Virus record (IMG/VR): IMGVR_UViG_3300003322_000571
Coordinates: 286,090-350,089 of that record
Strand: one strand, 5' to 3'
DNA length: 64,000 bases
Below the pieces are notes generated by a model. It worked only from the letters and a program-made list of their open reading frames with translations. It was not told the origin of the DNA and ran no database searches. Shown here piece by piece: positions 46,043 to 55,766 of this stretch. The first letter of the stretch is position 1. Each line of letters starts with the position of its first letter. A program made the position numbers and the translations under genes.

Positions 46043-46691
46043 ACATTGCGGCTTCTGTTCCCGCTAAGAATTGTCTAACAAGAGTGGCTCGTGTACTAAG
46101 AACAAACCAATTTTGTTGTTGACCAACGGTGAACATCGGCGGGCCAATGTCAATTACAGCCAACCCTTTGATCACACCAAACAGCTTGTATTGGCCATTT
46201 TCCTTACCAAACAATGCTCCACCTGACCCTCCAGGTGCTGTTGGTGTTGTTGAAATGATACTATTACCGTATAGTCCTTGGATCGTTCCCAGTGTCAATG
46301 TTTGAATCTTATAGTCAAGAAACATTGGGAAACCTACTGCGTACACAGGATCATCGATGATCACTTTGTTAGCAGTACTGATCGATGCACAAGGGCACTT
46401 GACATCTGCTGCAAGTAGAGCAAGATCATTGACTTGATCAACCTTGATCACACGAGCTGGCTTAAGACCATTGTCGTTGATATAAGCAATCTGCTTAGAT
46501 TTCGGTACTACGTGTGCGACAGTTAGCACATAACCTTCTTTAATCACGGTTCCCGACCCACTGGCTACGATATTCGTTTTTTCATCGCTAATCAACACCG
46601 GATAGACGTATTTCCTGGTGACAGAATAGTCGGCGGCCTGCGCCGAAGAAACAGCGAACAAGAGCATTGCGAAAAGTAGCCTGACAAACAT
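46041..46691 (-). CDS. secreted trypsin-like serine protease
   Basis: signal peptide; TVAHV, DLALL, PGGSGG triad motifs. Confidence 0.85.
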   Translation of the reverse strand: MFVRLLFAMLLFAVSSAQAADYSVTRKYVYPVLISDEKTNIVASGSGTVIKEGYVLTVAHVVPKSKQIAYINDNGLKPARVIKVDQVNDLALLAADVKCPCASISTANKVIIDDPVYAVGFPMFLDYKIQTLTLGTIQGLYGNSIISTTPTAPGGSGGALFGKENGQYKLFGVIKGLAVIDIGPPMFTVGQQQNWFVLSTRATLVRQFLAGTEAAM

Positions 46692-46778
46692 AGCTGTTCC
46701 CTAATATTGTTAACAAATATTTAGGTAAAAGGATGTTGAAAACGTGATAGGGTAAGCCTATCGTGATGTTTCTTTCAA

Positions 46779-46855
46779 GCTCTCTTAGCTCAATTGGTTA
46801 GAGCGGCGGTCTCTAAAACCGACGGCTACGGGTTCGAATCCCGTAGAGGGCACCA
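46779..46855 (+). tRNA. amber suppressor tRNA (anticodon CTA)
   Basis: full cloverleaf, loop CT-CTA-AA, encoded ACCA. Confidence 0.88.
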
Positions 46856-46878
46856 CACTATTCCTCATAGGAGTTTCC

Positions 46879-48210
46879 ATGACAGTTTCTACACGTAAGA
46901 TGTACGTGGGTATTGCTCGCGACCATTCTAGTTCAATGGGCAGCCTGCGTGCACCCGCAATGCGCGACTTCAACAGACAAGTCGATGATCTGATTCAACA
47001 GGCGAATCTGCACGGTATCGACGTTGTCGCCAGCGTTGTGTCGTTTGCTGACACTGTTAAGCGTGAAGTGACGATTTCGTCGATCAATGCGCTCAAGAAG
47101 CTGACGTCGTATCCTACGTCTGGCTGGACTGCACTGTACGATGCGATCAATGATCTGCACACGCAATTTAGCGCAATGCCTGACTTCAACAACGAAGACG
47201 TTCAGGTCGTCATCTTCGCGATCACTGACGGTGAAGAAAATGCTTCATCGATCAAGGCAACCGAACTTCGCGCCAAGCTGCAGAAGTTCCACGCTACCGG
47301 CCGCGGCACTGTCGTCATTCGTGTTCCGAACGGTCATCGCTCCAGCATCGCATATAGCCTCGGTATTCCCGAAGGCAATATCGACGAATGGGACCAGAAC
47401 GAACGCAGCCTCAACGAATCGTCTGCCAAGACGTCAGCTGGCGTCGCCAAGATGTTCAGTGATGCGAAGGCAGGTATCAAGTCGACGACCGGCTTCTACA
47501 CCGACCTGAGCAATGTCACTGCAAAGGACGTCAAGGCTGTTGCCAAGGACATCAGTGGTGAAGTTTCGCTGTGGACGGTCAAGAACGCAACGGAAGGCAA
47601 CACAATCCGTGGCTTCTGCGAACTGAAGAGTGGTAAGCCGTTCCTCAAGGGTGGCGCTTACTACCAGCTGATGAAGCCGGAAAGCGAAGTCCAAGACTAC
47701 AAGCAGATCGCTCTTCGCGACAAGACGACTGGTCATGTGTATGCCGGTGACGGTGTTCGTGCACTGCTCGGCTTGCCTGCACACGGCACGGTTAAGGTTG
47801 TTCCTGGTGACCACGGCAACTACGACATCTTCATCCAGTCGACGTCGGTCAACCGTAAGCTGCCTGTTGGCACGACGGTTCTGTACCGCACGAGCACTGG
47901 TGTCGCGTACAAGGAAGGCGCCAGCGCTCCAAAGACGAACCTGCCGACGCCGGTGCAAGCAACCGCACCTGCAACTTCGAAGGCGACAGCGTCTCCGTAC
48001 GCAGCTGTGAAGCCAGCACCGGCTCCGAAGCCTGTTGTTCCAGCAAAGACAGCAGTTGCTCAAGGTCGTCGTCTTGACGTGTACACGATGGGCTACAAGG
48101 ATGGTCGTGGCAAGAAGAAGAACCGTAAGGCGGACTTCAGCGCACTGGAAACGACAATCTACCAAGAAGGTTTCGCTGACGGTAAGGCGAAGAAGCCAAG
48201 CAAGTACTGA
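46879..48210 (+). CDS. von Willebrand factor A domain protein with Pro/Ala linker and basic tail
   Basis: MIDAS DHSSSM, TALYDAI, ITDGEEN. Confidence 0.85.
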   Translation: MTVSTRKMYVGIARDHSSSMGSLRAPAMRDFNRQVDDLIQQANLHGIDVVASVVSFADTVKREVTISSINALKKLTSYPTSGWTALYDAINDLHTQFSAMPDFNNEDVQVVIFAITDGEENASSIKATELRAKLQKFHATGRGTVVIRVPNGHRSSIAYSLGIPEGNIDEWDQNERSLNESSAKTSAGVAKMFSDAKAGIKSTTGFYTDLSNVTAKDVKAVAKDISGEVSLWTVKNATEGNTIRGFCELKSGKPFLKGGAYYQLMKPESEVQDYKQIALRDKTTGHVYAGDGVRALLGLPAHGTVKVVPGDHGNYDIFIQSTSVNRKLPVGTTVLYRTSTGVAYKEGASAPKTNLPTPVQATAPATSKATASPYAAVKPAPAPKPVVPAKTAVAQGRRLDVYTMGYKDGRGKKKNRKADFSALETTIYQEGFADGKAKKPSKY

Positions 48211-48440
48211 TGGACTTCGATGTTACACCTAGCGCAAAGCCGTGGATTCTGCTGACAGCACCCGCGGCGCTCGGTAACCGGGAAAGGGTGCAAGCCCTTT
48301 CCCGTCACTTTGACCTCATTATTGTCCCCGTTGAATATTTCGACCAGGCGATTGATGTCTTAGATCACCTAAAACAAGAACCAGAAAATGGTCAACAAGA
48401 CGAAGTACTACAAACTACCGACGGGCCAAGTAACGACTAA
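48210..48440 (+). CDS. hypothetical protein
   Basis: coupled ORF. Confidence 0.5.
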   Translation: MDFDVTPSAKPWILLTAPAALGNRERVQALSRHFDLIIVPVEYFDQAIDVLDHLKQEPENGQQDEVLQTTDGPSND

Positions 48441-48780
48441 CGTTGATGAGTACATCGACAGTTGGCGTCAAATAAGCGATCCAATCTGCAACGCCTTCGG
48501 GATGGAGGTAGTAGGTTTTGATCCAGGAATTGCCTTCCGTAAAGGCAGTCCTTATTCTGCGCAAGCGGCATACTTCGACATGCCGCTGTGGTTTGCTAAA
48601 ATCCTATCGGCAACACTGCAAAGTAACGCAGATCGTCACAATAACACAGCGGGTGTTTTGATGGCGGTACAAGAACAGTTCCGAATCCACGGTAACAACT
48701 TCCCCGACGAGTTCGACACGCGCGTGTTTAACTGGGTTGACGATACGTTAGCCGGAACTCCTCCGAATTTGAGGGGTTAA
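48388..48780 (+). CDS. hypothetical protein
   Basis: 130 aa. Confidence 0.6.
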   Translation: MVNKTKYYKLPTGQVTTNVDEYIDSWRQISDPICNAFGMEVVGFDPGIAFRKGSPYSAQAAYFDMPLWFAKILSATLQSNADRHNNTAGVLMAVQEQFRIHGNNFPDEFDTRVFNWVDDTLAGTPPNLRG

Positions 48781-48782
48781 AC

Positions 48783-49700
48783 ATGGGTTGCTGGAATGGT
48801 TCATGTGGCCTAACAGGCCTCCCTATTTTTGCTGGCGACGAAGTTGTTGTGTTCACATTGATTCAGCAACGTCCGCAAGGTGATCACTGCTATCCGGAAA
48901 CGTATTGGCAGCCGTTGATCTATACGTTCGACGCACAGTATGACGATTACGGTGGTGCAGATGAATGCAAAGGTCCATTACTAGAACGAATTCTCGAAGT
49001 AATCCGTGACAATCTTGTTGAACTGGACATCGGTGAAAACAAGTATCACGATATCGCAGTCAAGAAGACTGACTTTGATGTAAGCAAATACTTCGAAGCA
49101 GCTCACGAATCGCGATTGTTCGTCGCTCACGACTGGAAAACGAATGATGCGTTTAAGACGCTCAGCGTGTTCCCGTTGATGGTTCATAAGTCGGTCGTTA
49201 AACAACTGCTAGAACAGTACAAAGTCGACGATTGGCGGAAAGGACGATACGGCTACGGAGAGATCGTTGAGGATGGATATCAGTATGTCACCGGTCTACA
49301 ACAGGTCCTTGCTAAAGATATCACACTCAACGGTCGTAGTGATATTCCGTTACGACTGAAATTGACCTTGATTTCAGATAACGAAGATGCATATAGTAGG
49401 TTCACGGACTTACAACATGTGTTCAGGTTACCTGACTACATCCGTTACGTTGATGATATGAGTAAGGCGGTCGAGTCGGGCAATATTGATCTAGCGAACG
49501 CGATCGTCGAACAAGTAGCACAGATGGCGATCATCAAAGCGTACATGCAATCCTCACGTCGAATGTGGACGCCGATGTCAGGTGCAGGTTCACAAGATGG
49601 AAGCACTAAGGCACACCGCCTTATGGCTGAAATTACAGTGACAAAAGCAACTGAGATTGACGAACAATGGGGTGACGAAGAAGATGACCTCGATGAATAA
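48783..49700 (+). CDS. hypothetical protein (MGCW..C N-terminus)
   Basis: 305 aa, GAGG RBS. Confidence 0.75.
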   Translation: MGCWNGSCGLTGLPIFAGDEVVVFTLIQQRPQGDHCYPETYWQPLIYTFDAQYDDYGGADECKGPLLERILEVIRDNLVELDIGENKYHDIAVKKTDFDVSKYFEAAHESRLFVAHDWKTNDAFKTLSVFPLMVHKSVVKQLLEQYKVDDWRKGRYGYGEIVEDGYQYVTGLQQVLAKDITLNGRSDIPLRLKLTLISDNEDAYSRFTDLQHVFRLPDYIRYVDDMSKAVESGNIDLANAIVEQVAQMAIIKAYMQSSRRMWTPMSGAGSQDGSTKAHRLMAEITVTKATEIDEQWGDEEDDLDE

Positions 49701-49717
49701 TTAAGGAATCACTACAA

Positions 49718-50008
49718 ATGTTTTCAAATGATGTAATCTCTATCCGTTGGAATGCGATCAAAGAAAAAGACCTTGATCCGTTTCACGACCTGCTTGTTGA
49801 CATTTATGATCGCGAATACACATTCGAGAACATGATTGAGATCCTTAAGCTAGTTCCAAAATATCTGGTTGTAGAAGCGTGCAACTGGGGATTCGATACG
49901 GAAGTTCGCGAAAAGCTGCACACTACGCTCAGTGATGTTGCGTACAGGGGCTTGATCGAAGATCCTAACTTCATGAACAAAAATGTTTCCACTCAGCAAA
50001 CGAGTTGA
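49718..50008 (+). CDS. hypothetical protein
   Basis: 96 aa, AAGGA RBS. Confidence 0.6.
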   Translation: MFSNDVISIRWNAIKEKDLDPFHDLLVDIYDREYTFENMIEILKLVPKYLVVEACNWGFDTEVREKLHTTLSDVAYRGLIEDPNFMNKNVSTQQTS

Positions 50009-50453
50009 CATTCCAAGAGCCGGTCATCCCGGCTCTTTCGGTTTCCGTCGCAAAAACCACATCCATGAAGGGATTGACTTGTACGGCAATCCTGGAGATC
50101 CCGTATACGCAATTCAATCAGGCTACGTACTGACGAGTTATCCTTTCACAGGCGAACAAGTAGGAATGCCGTGGTGGCACAATACTGATGCGATCGCAAT
50201 CGCTGACGAGAATGGCACGTGGGTATATGGCGAGATGGAAGTTGAACGATTAACTCCCGGCACATATGTCAACGAAGGTGATATCGTTGGTTATCTGAAG
50301 ACTGTCCTCAAGAAGGACAAAGGTCGTCCGATGACAATGCTTCATATTGAGCGTTGGAAGCCGGAATATATTCCGCATACAATGCTATGGCAACTTGATC
50401 AACCACAGCCTGATTTCTTAATTGACCCAACAGAATTACTGGAAGTACTATGA
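49983..50453 (+). CDS. M23 family peptidase
   Basis: HEGIDL, VYAIQSG, LHIE. Confidence 0.8.
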   Translation: MFPLSKRVDIPRAGHPGSFGFRRKNHIHEGIDLYGNPGDPVYAIQSGYVLTSYPFTGEQVGMPWWHNTDAIAIADENGTWVYGEMEVERLTPGTYVNEGDIVGYLKTVLKKDKGRPMTMLHIERWKPEYIPHTMLWQLDQPQPDFLIDPTELLEVL

Positions 50454-50692
50454 CACATTACAATACAGCGATCCCACCACTGCATGAATATTATGTTGCT
50501 GGTGTCATTGACGACAAAGGTCCAGCATACGTATATGCAATGGGTGCTCAGGATCCAGAGCCACATGCGTACATTCGCGACCTAACATATGCCTGTAATT
50601 GGCCTTCACTTGAAGCACTTGAGAAACAACAAGAGTGTTATCCGTGTTTGAAGCCTATGCAACGGTTCAAGGTCACGGTTACTCCTATTTGA
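50450..50692 (+). CDS. hypothetical protein
   Basis: coupled ORF. Confidence 0.55.
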   Translation: MTHYNTAIPPLHEYYVAGVIDDKGPAYVYAMGAQDPEPHAYIRDLTYACNWPSLEALEKQQECYPCLKPMQRFKVTVTPI

Positions 50693-50756
50693 CCCTGTTG
50701 ACCCAAAAGTGACTTACTAATAAAGTGGTCAAACTTTTACTCAACAGAGACCTAAA

Positions 50757-51884
50757 ATGGAACTGTACAATCAACTGATGGCGCTGACGCAAGATGGCGA
50801 TGCTTTCTACTTCCAGGACTTCGAACTGGATCGTGTGAAGTATCGTATCTTCAACTACCGTCTCGCTTCGTACAGCGACTTCCTGAAGCCAGGCGCTCTG
50901 GAGTGCCGTGGCATCATGTTTGATATCACCGACGGTATTGCTGAACTTGTTGCACGTCCGATGCAGAAGTTCTTCAATCTGAACGAAAATCCGATGACGA
51001 TGAACCTCGATCTGTCGCAAGTCGACACGGTTGAGCTGAAGGCTGACGGTTCGTTGATGTCAACGTTCATTCATTGGACTGATTCTGGTCCGATGCTTCG
51101 TCTCAAGTCGAAGGGTTCGCTGTTCTCTGAACAAGCAATCGACTCGCTGAAGTGGCTCACTGACCACGATCCGGAACTGAAGCATCATCTGTTCATGGTG
51201 ACGCTCGATGGCTACACGGTCAATCTCGAGTGGTGCGCTCCGTTCAACCGGATCGTGATTGGTTATGAAAAGCCGCACCTGAAAATCCTGAACGTTCGCA
51301 AGATGGAAACCGGCGAATACATGCCGCGTGTTGTGATCGAAGATCGTTTCCGTAACCCGGATTGGATCATCGACCGCGTCCGTACAGACGGCCTCAACAC
51401 GGCTGATTTCGTCAAGTCGATCCCTGCGCTGCAAGACGACATTGAAGGTTACGTGTGCCGTATCGGTGACCTGTGGTTCAAGGTCAAGACCGAGAAGTAC
51501 ATGTCGCTTCACCACGCGAAGGATTCTGTCAACAATCCACGTCGTCTGTTTGAAGCAATCATCGACGAAGGAATCGATGACCTTCGCTCAATGTTTGCAC
51601 AAGATGCACTCGCGATGAAGTTGATCGACGAGATGCAAGAGAAGGTTACACGGATGTACAACAGTGTTGTTCGTCAAGTGGAAGACTACTACAGTGCGAA
51701 CAAGGCGAAGGAACGCAAGGATTATGCGATCGGTGCACAGACGCTGTCGATTGACGGTGTCAAGCTGATGTCACTCGCGATGAACCTGTACATCGGCCGT
51801 GATCCTGGTTTCAAGGACTTCCTCAAGGGGAAGTACAAGGAACTCGGCTTCAAAGATACGTCGGTTGACAAGAAAGAAGACTGA
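50757..51884 (+). CDS. RNA ligase 1 (T4 Rnl1-like)
   Basis: IFNYRLASY, LECRG, PMQKFFNLNE, KADGSL, EGYV, WFKVKT. Confidence 0.92.
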   Translation: MELYNQLMALTQDGDAFYFQDFELDRVKYRIFNYRLASYSDFLKPGALECRGIMFDITDGIAELVARPMQKFFNLNENPMTMNLDLSQVDTVELKADGSLMSTFIHWTDSGPMLRLKSKGSLFSEQAIDSLKWLTDHDPELKHHLFMVTLDGYTVNLEWCAPFNRIVIGYEKPHLKILNVRKMETGEYMPRVVIEDRFRNPDWIIDRVRTDGLNTADFVKSIPALQDDIEGYVCRIGDLWFKVKTEKYMSLHHAKDSVNNPRRLFEAIIDEGIDDLRSMFAQDALAMKLIDEMQEKVTRMYNSVVRQVEDYYSANKAKERKDYAIGAQTLSIDGVKLMSLAMNLYIGRDPGFKDFLKGKYKELGFKDTSVDKKED

Positions 51885-51946
51885 CCTGTAGAACTATAAC
51901 CTGAAAAGGGTTATAGTTCTTTTCATTAAGTCAACCAGGAATAGAA

Positions 51947-53047
51947 ATGTACTTCCTGCTTATTGCGTTCATTCCGATGATCCTTCCGTGGATCGCCAAG
52001 GCTGTGTGGCCTCACGAAATCAAGTGGGCTGAAATGGCCGTTGCAAGTGTCCTTGCAATCGTCGTTGCTGGTGCCGTGTATGGTTTCGGCTTGTATGACC
52101 AGACTGCAGACCAAGAAATCTGGAACGGTCAGCTTGTGTCGAAGCAACGTATCCATGATACGTATGAGCAGTCGTATGAATGCAACTGCACTTCGTCAAC
52201 TGATTCGAAAGGTAACACTACTCGTAGTTGCCAAACGTGCTACGAAACGCATTACACGGTTGAATGGCTGTGTAACACGACAATCGGCACGTTGCAATAC
52301 GACAAGCTCGATAGTACGAGCCGTAGTGTGTACAAGAAACCCGATCCGTTCCTGTACACGCGCGCACAGGTTGGTGACCCCGTGTCGCGATCTGTAGCAT
52401 TCACCAACTACGTCAAAGCTGTACCGGACAGTTTGTTCCATCAGCACGACATCCAGAAGTTTGAGAAGCTGATCCCGCCGTATCCTGGCAACATTTATGA
52501 GTTGTACCGTATCAATCGTGCACTCGCTGCAGGCGTGATGATTCCTGATCTCGCTGACTGGAATCAGGACATTTCGTTGATTTTGCGTAAGCTTGGTCCT
52601 CAGAAACAGGCGAATGTGATCACAGTGTTTGTCAACACGAACGACATGAACTATGTTCAAGCACTCGAAGGCAAATGGATCGGCGGTAAGAAGAATGACA
52701 TCATCGTGATCATGGGTGTTACGCAGTATCCAAAGATTGATTGGGTTGCTGTGTCGAGCTGGACTGATAGCCAGATTTTCAAGGTTCAACTGCGCGATGC
52801 GATCACTGAAATTGGTGTCGTCGATCGCTCGAAGATCATAGCTGCAATCGAACAACACACGATGAAGAGCTTCGTTCGCAAGAAGATGAAGGACTTCGAA
52901 TACCTCAAGGCGCAAATTGAACCATCTGCGACCGTGTTGACCCTTGCTGTGATTCTCAGTATGCTTGCTTCAATCGGGTCAACGTTCTACTTCTACAAGT
53001 ACGATCCGTTTGGCTCTTCATACAGGTCTTCACGTCGTCGGTTCTAA
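51947..53047 (+). CDS. membrane protein with TPM-like domain
   Basis: N- and C-terminal TMs, W.GGKKND.I..G motif. Confidence 0.7.
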   Translation: MYFLLIAFIPMILPWIAKAVWPHEIKWAEMAVASVLAIVVAGAVYGFGLYDQTADQEIWNGQLVSKQRIHDTYEQSYECNCTSSTDSKGNTTRSCQTCYETHYTVEWLCNTTIGTLQYDKLDSTSRSVYKKPDPFLYTRAQVGDPVSRSVAFTNYVKAVPDSLFHQHDIQKFEKLIPPYPGNIYELYRINRALAAGVMIPDLADWNQDISLILRKLGPQKQANVITVFVNTNDMNYVQALEGKWIGGKKNDIIVIMGVTQYPKIDWVAVSSWTDSQIFKVQLRDAITEIGVVDRSKIIAAIEQHTMKSFVRKKMKDFEYLKAQIEPSATVLTLAVILSMLASIGSTFYFYKYDPFGSSYRSSRRRF

Positions 53048-53085
53048 CTGCAAATTCCCTCAACCACTATGCCCAATGGGCACAT

Positions 53086-53694
53086 ATGCAAATGAAACAA
53101 AATCGTATCAACCAACGTGGCGGTGCTGGTATCGTCGCCCTGATCGTTCTGGCGATCGTCCTCGTGATCGGTGGCGGTATCTTCGCTCTGTACGTGTCGA
53201 ACGCGAACTACGGCAACCGGACGGAAGTCCAGATCCAAGGTATCTGGGAAAACAACCAGAACATCCTTGGTCAATACACGCTGAAGGTGCAAGAAATTGC
53301 ATCGGTGCCGGAGATGTACAAGAATGACCTGAAGGAAGTGATGACTTCCGTCATGCAGGCTCGTCAAGGTCCAGATGGCAGCAAAGCAGCGTTCCAGTTC
53401 TTCAAGGAACACAACATCAACATTGACACGGCGATGTACACGAAGATCCAACAAGTGATCGAAGCCGGTCGTAACGACTTCCAAACGAATCAGACGCGCC
53501 TGATCGACACGAAGAAGGTGTACCGTGAGCAGCTCGGTTCGATCCCGAAGGGTTGGTTCCTGTCGATGGCTGGCTACCCGAAGATCAAGATCGGTTATCC
53601 GAACATCAACGATGATGACTACAAGCCGGTCGTTGCTGAAGACACCCGTGACGTGTTCAAGAGCGGCGTCCAGAAGCCGGTCAAGCTGCGCTAA
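53086..53694 (+). CDS. LemA-like membrane-anchored protein
   Basis: TM anchor, helical bundle, GRNDF..NQ.RL.D..Y...P.G.F..AGY. Confidence 0.65.
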   Translation: MQMKQNRINQRGGAGIVALIVLAIVLVIGGGIFALYVSNANYGNRTEVQIQGIWENNQNILGQYTLKVQEIASVPEMYKNDLKEVMTSVMQARQGPDGSKAAFQFFKEHNINIDTAMYTKIQQVIEAGRNDFQTNQTRLIDTKKVYREQLGSIPKGWFLSMAGYPKIKIGYPNINDDDYKPVVAEDTRDVFKSGVQKPVKLR

Positions 53695-53711
53695 GTAACT
53701 GCGCATGAAAC

Positions 53712-53740
53712 AAGGCCCCTCTAGAGGGGCCTTTTCTTTT
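53712..53740 (+). terminator. intrinsic terminator
   Basis: AGGCCCCT-CT-AGAGGGGCCT-TTT. Confidence 0.8.
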
Positions 53741-53785
53741 GCCTGTTCATAAATATCTGATCCAACTCGTCTAAAGGACCAGATA

Positions 53786-55006
53786 ATGAACAAACAAGGT
53801 TTTGTAATCGCTAAAAACAAGGGCGTAGATGCATTCTTCACGTCACAGAGTTCTTACGACCGTCCAAAGTGGGTTGCTGTTACTGAATCGAAGGTATACG
53901 CAACCGTAGAGCTTGCCGAAACAGCAGCTAAGAAATTGTACCGTTATGGTGCGTATGAAGCACGTATTGTTCCTCTTGCGGAGGCAATGGCATTTGAGAT
54001 GCCAGATGAAGACCTCGATGATGAAACAAACGTAGCGTCTGTTCCTGAAGACGACGATAAAACTGAAATGGTTGCTATCGTTCGTGGTGAAGACGGCGTT
54101 GACATTCCGCAAGGCGACGAAACAGCAGATATCGAAGGTATGGTTGATGCTGACCTCGGTATTGCTGACGATGTTGACAAGCAAGCTATCACGACGACGA
54201 TTGATGCTGAGATGGACCTGGGTGATGAGGATTTGGACCTTGAACTTGATGATGAAGACGAAGTCGGTCTTCCAAACGGCGATCAAGTAGCAGGTGGTCC
54301 AGACGGTGCGCCAATTACACGTATGGAGTCCGCTATCGTTAACGAGCTGTCGCTTGATACAGTCAAATCGTATGCAAACAAGTCGGGTCGCTCAATTGCA
54401 CAACTTCGTGCAAAAGCTGACCGTGGCGATGTAGCAAGCGATCGTAAGCGTCAGCAGCGTAAGCAAGGCAATGTGCGTGCGATCAACCGTATCTTCTCGA
54501 ACAGTCAATACAACGAATCAGAAACGATGCCAGCTAAGCCACCTTTGGATGCTAAGCCGTCAGAGAACAAAGACACGGCTCTTGACACAAAGAAGGCTGA
54601 AGTAATTAAGTACAAGGATCAGGCTGTTGACTTCAATGACACTGATACCAAGCTTGACAAATCAGGTGCATGGCCACATGATGCTAAGGTGAAAACGCCA
54701 GCTAATGTGTTGTCGGATCTCCGTAAGGCAATTGAAGATCACAAGAAGAGTGCTAAGGAATCCGAACGCTCGAACACAGAACGTGCCTCGTTCTGCTTAA
54801 CAGTCGCCAATGCGTTCGAACAGTTGCTCGCTGACCTCGAACAAGGTACTGGCGAAGGCGTCAAGGCTGCTCAGATTCACATGACGAGCTGGATGAACCC
54901 TATCACGGCATACTTGCCACAGTCTGTACAACAGTACGTTTACCTTGGTGGTCGTAAGCCTTCGTTGAAGGACTTCTACACAAAGGCACAAAAGGCTGGA
55001 GAATAA
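53786..55006 (+). CDS. acidic hypothetical protein, possible internal head protein
   Basis: 406 aa; CATAAATA at 53748; NELSLDTVKSY motif. Confidence 0.75.
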   Translation: MNKQGFVIAKNKGVDAFFTSQSSYDRPKWVAVTESKVYATVELAETAAKKLYRYGAYEARIVPLAEAMAFEMPDEDLDDETNVASVPEDDDKTEMVAIVRGEDGVDIPQGDETADIEGMVDADLGIADDVDKQAITTTIDAEMDLGDEDLDLELDDEDEVGLPNGDQVAGGPDGAPITRMESAIVNELSLDTVKSYANKSGRSIAQLRAKADRGDVASDRKRQQRKQGNVRAINRIFSNSQYNESETMPAKPPLDAKPSENKDTALDTKKAEVIKYKDQAVDFNDTDTKLDKSGAWPHDAKVKTPANVLSDLRKAIEDHKKSAKESERSNTERASFCLTVANAFEQLLADLEQGTGEGVKAAQIHMTSWMNPITAYLPQSVQQYVYLGGRKPSLKDFYTKAQKAGE

Positions 55007-55009
55007 CAA

Positions 55010-55408
55010 ATGAAACTACGTTCGATTTTGGAAGCAAAGAAGCTGTTGACGCAGGACGAGTTGGAAGCGATCAACAAGCAAGCTTTGAAAGATGACATCA
55101 GAAACAATGAAATCGCCTTGCAAAAGGCGATTGAAGATGGTGATGACGAATCTGCCGCTGAATATCGTGAAATTCTCAAGGCTTGCCGTGCTGAATTGAA
55201 CGAAGACATGGGCCAAACAGCTGAAGCATCACAAGCATATGCTGCCCACATGGGTGCTATTAGGCAAATGTTGACTGAATTGGGGAAAAGTCTTGACAAT
55301 CATGCTAAACGTCAAGCACTCGATAAAGGCAACTGGGGTTACGCAGGTGACCTTGAGTCTGTCGCAGAGAAATTGAAGGATGTTCTTGAAGGTTTCAGCC
55401 AATTCTAA
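55010..55408 (+). CDS. hypothetical protein
   Basis: GGAG RBS; MKLRSILE N-terminus. Confidence 0.7.
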   Translation: MKLRSILEAKKLLTQDELEAINKQALKDDIRNNEIALQKAIEDGDDESAAEYREILKACRAELNEDMGQTAEASQAYAAHMGAIRQMLTELGKSLDNHAKRQALDKGNWGYAGDLESVAEKLKDVLEGFSQF

Positions 55409-55419
55409 GTAAACGGTTG

Positions 55420-55449
55420 TTGACTTTTTAGGTAACTCTCATATATACT
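55420..55449 (+). promoter_or_regulatory. sigma70-type promoter of tRNA array leader
   Basis: TTGACT-18-TATACT; CATAAATA also at 55519. Confidence 0.7.
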
Positions 55450-55568
55450 TCACGTAACAGTTCAAACACGTCGTCAAAAGCGTGTTTGAACCGATAGGTA
55501 AATTCTGTTGTAACCCTTCATAAATAGAAGTACAGTTACAACAACTTAACGAAACAAGGTTTTCACAA

Positions 55569-55706
55569 ATGCAACACTTCGGTCAACATCACAGCGAGCA
55601 GCTTAGCCTTCAGTGGCAAGGCATGAGCTCCCTGCGTTCCGAATTGTGTGACTATCCTCGATTTGATGAACCTACGACCGCCCTTTGTGGAGGACTTGCA
55701 GCATAA
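55569..55706 (+). CDS. putative 45-aa leader peptide (MQHFGQHHSEQ...CGGLAA)
   Basis: AAGG RBS, open frame to TAA, overlaps antiterminator strand. Confidence 0.6.
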   Translation: MQHFGQHHSEQLSLQWQGMSSLRSELCDYPRFDEPTTALCGGLAA

Positions 55707-55766
55707 TACGCGCAAGAACTGAAACCAAACACAAAGGGCTTAGAGAAATCTAGGCCCTTTCTTTTT
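55680..55766 (+). promoter_or_regulatory. putative attenuator (antiterminator/terminator)
   Basis: GCCCTTTGTG (55680-89) pairs with CACAAAGGGC (55730-39), which is also the 5' arm of terminator AGGGCTTAGA-GAAA-TCTAGGCCCT-TTCTTTTT. Confidence 0.7.
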
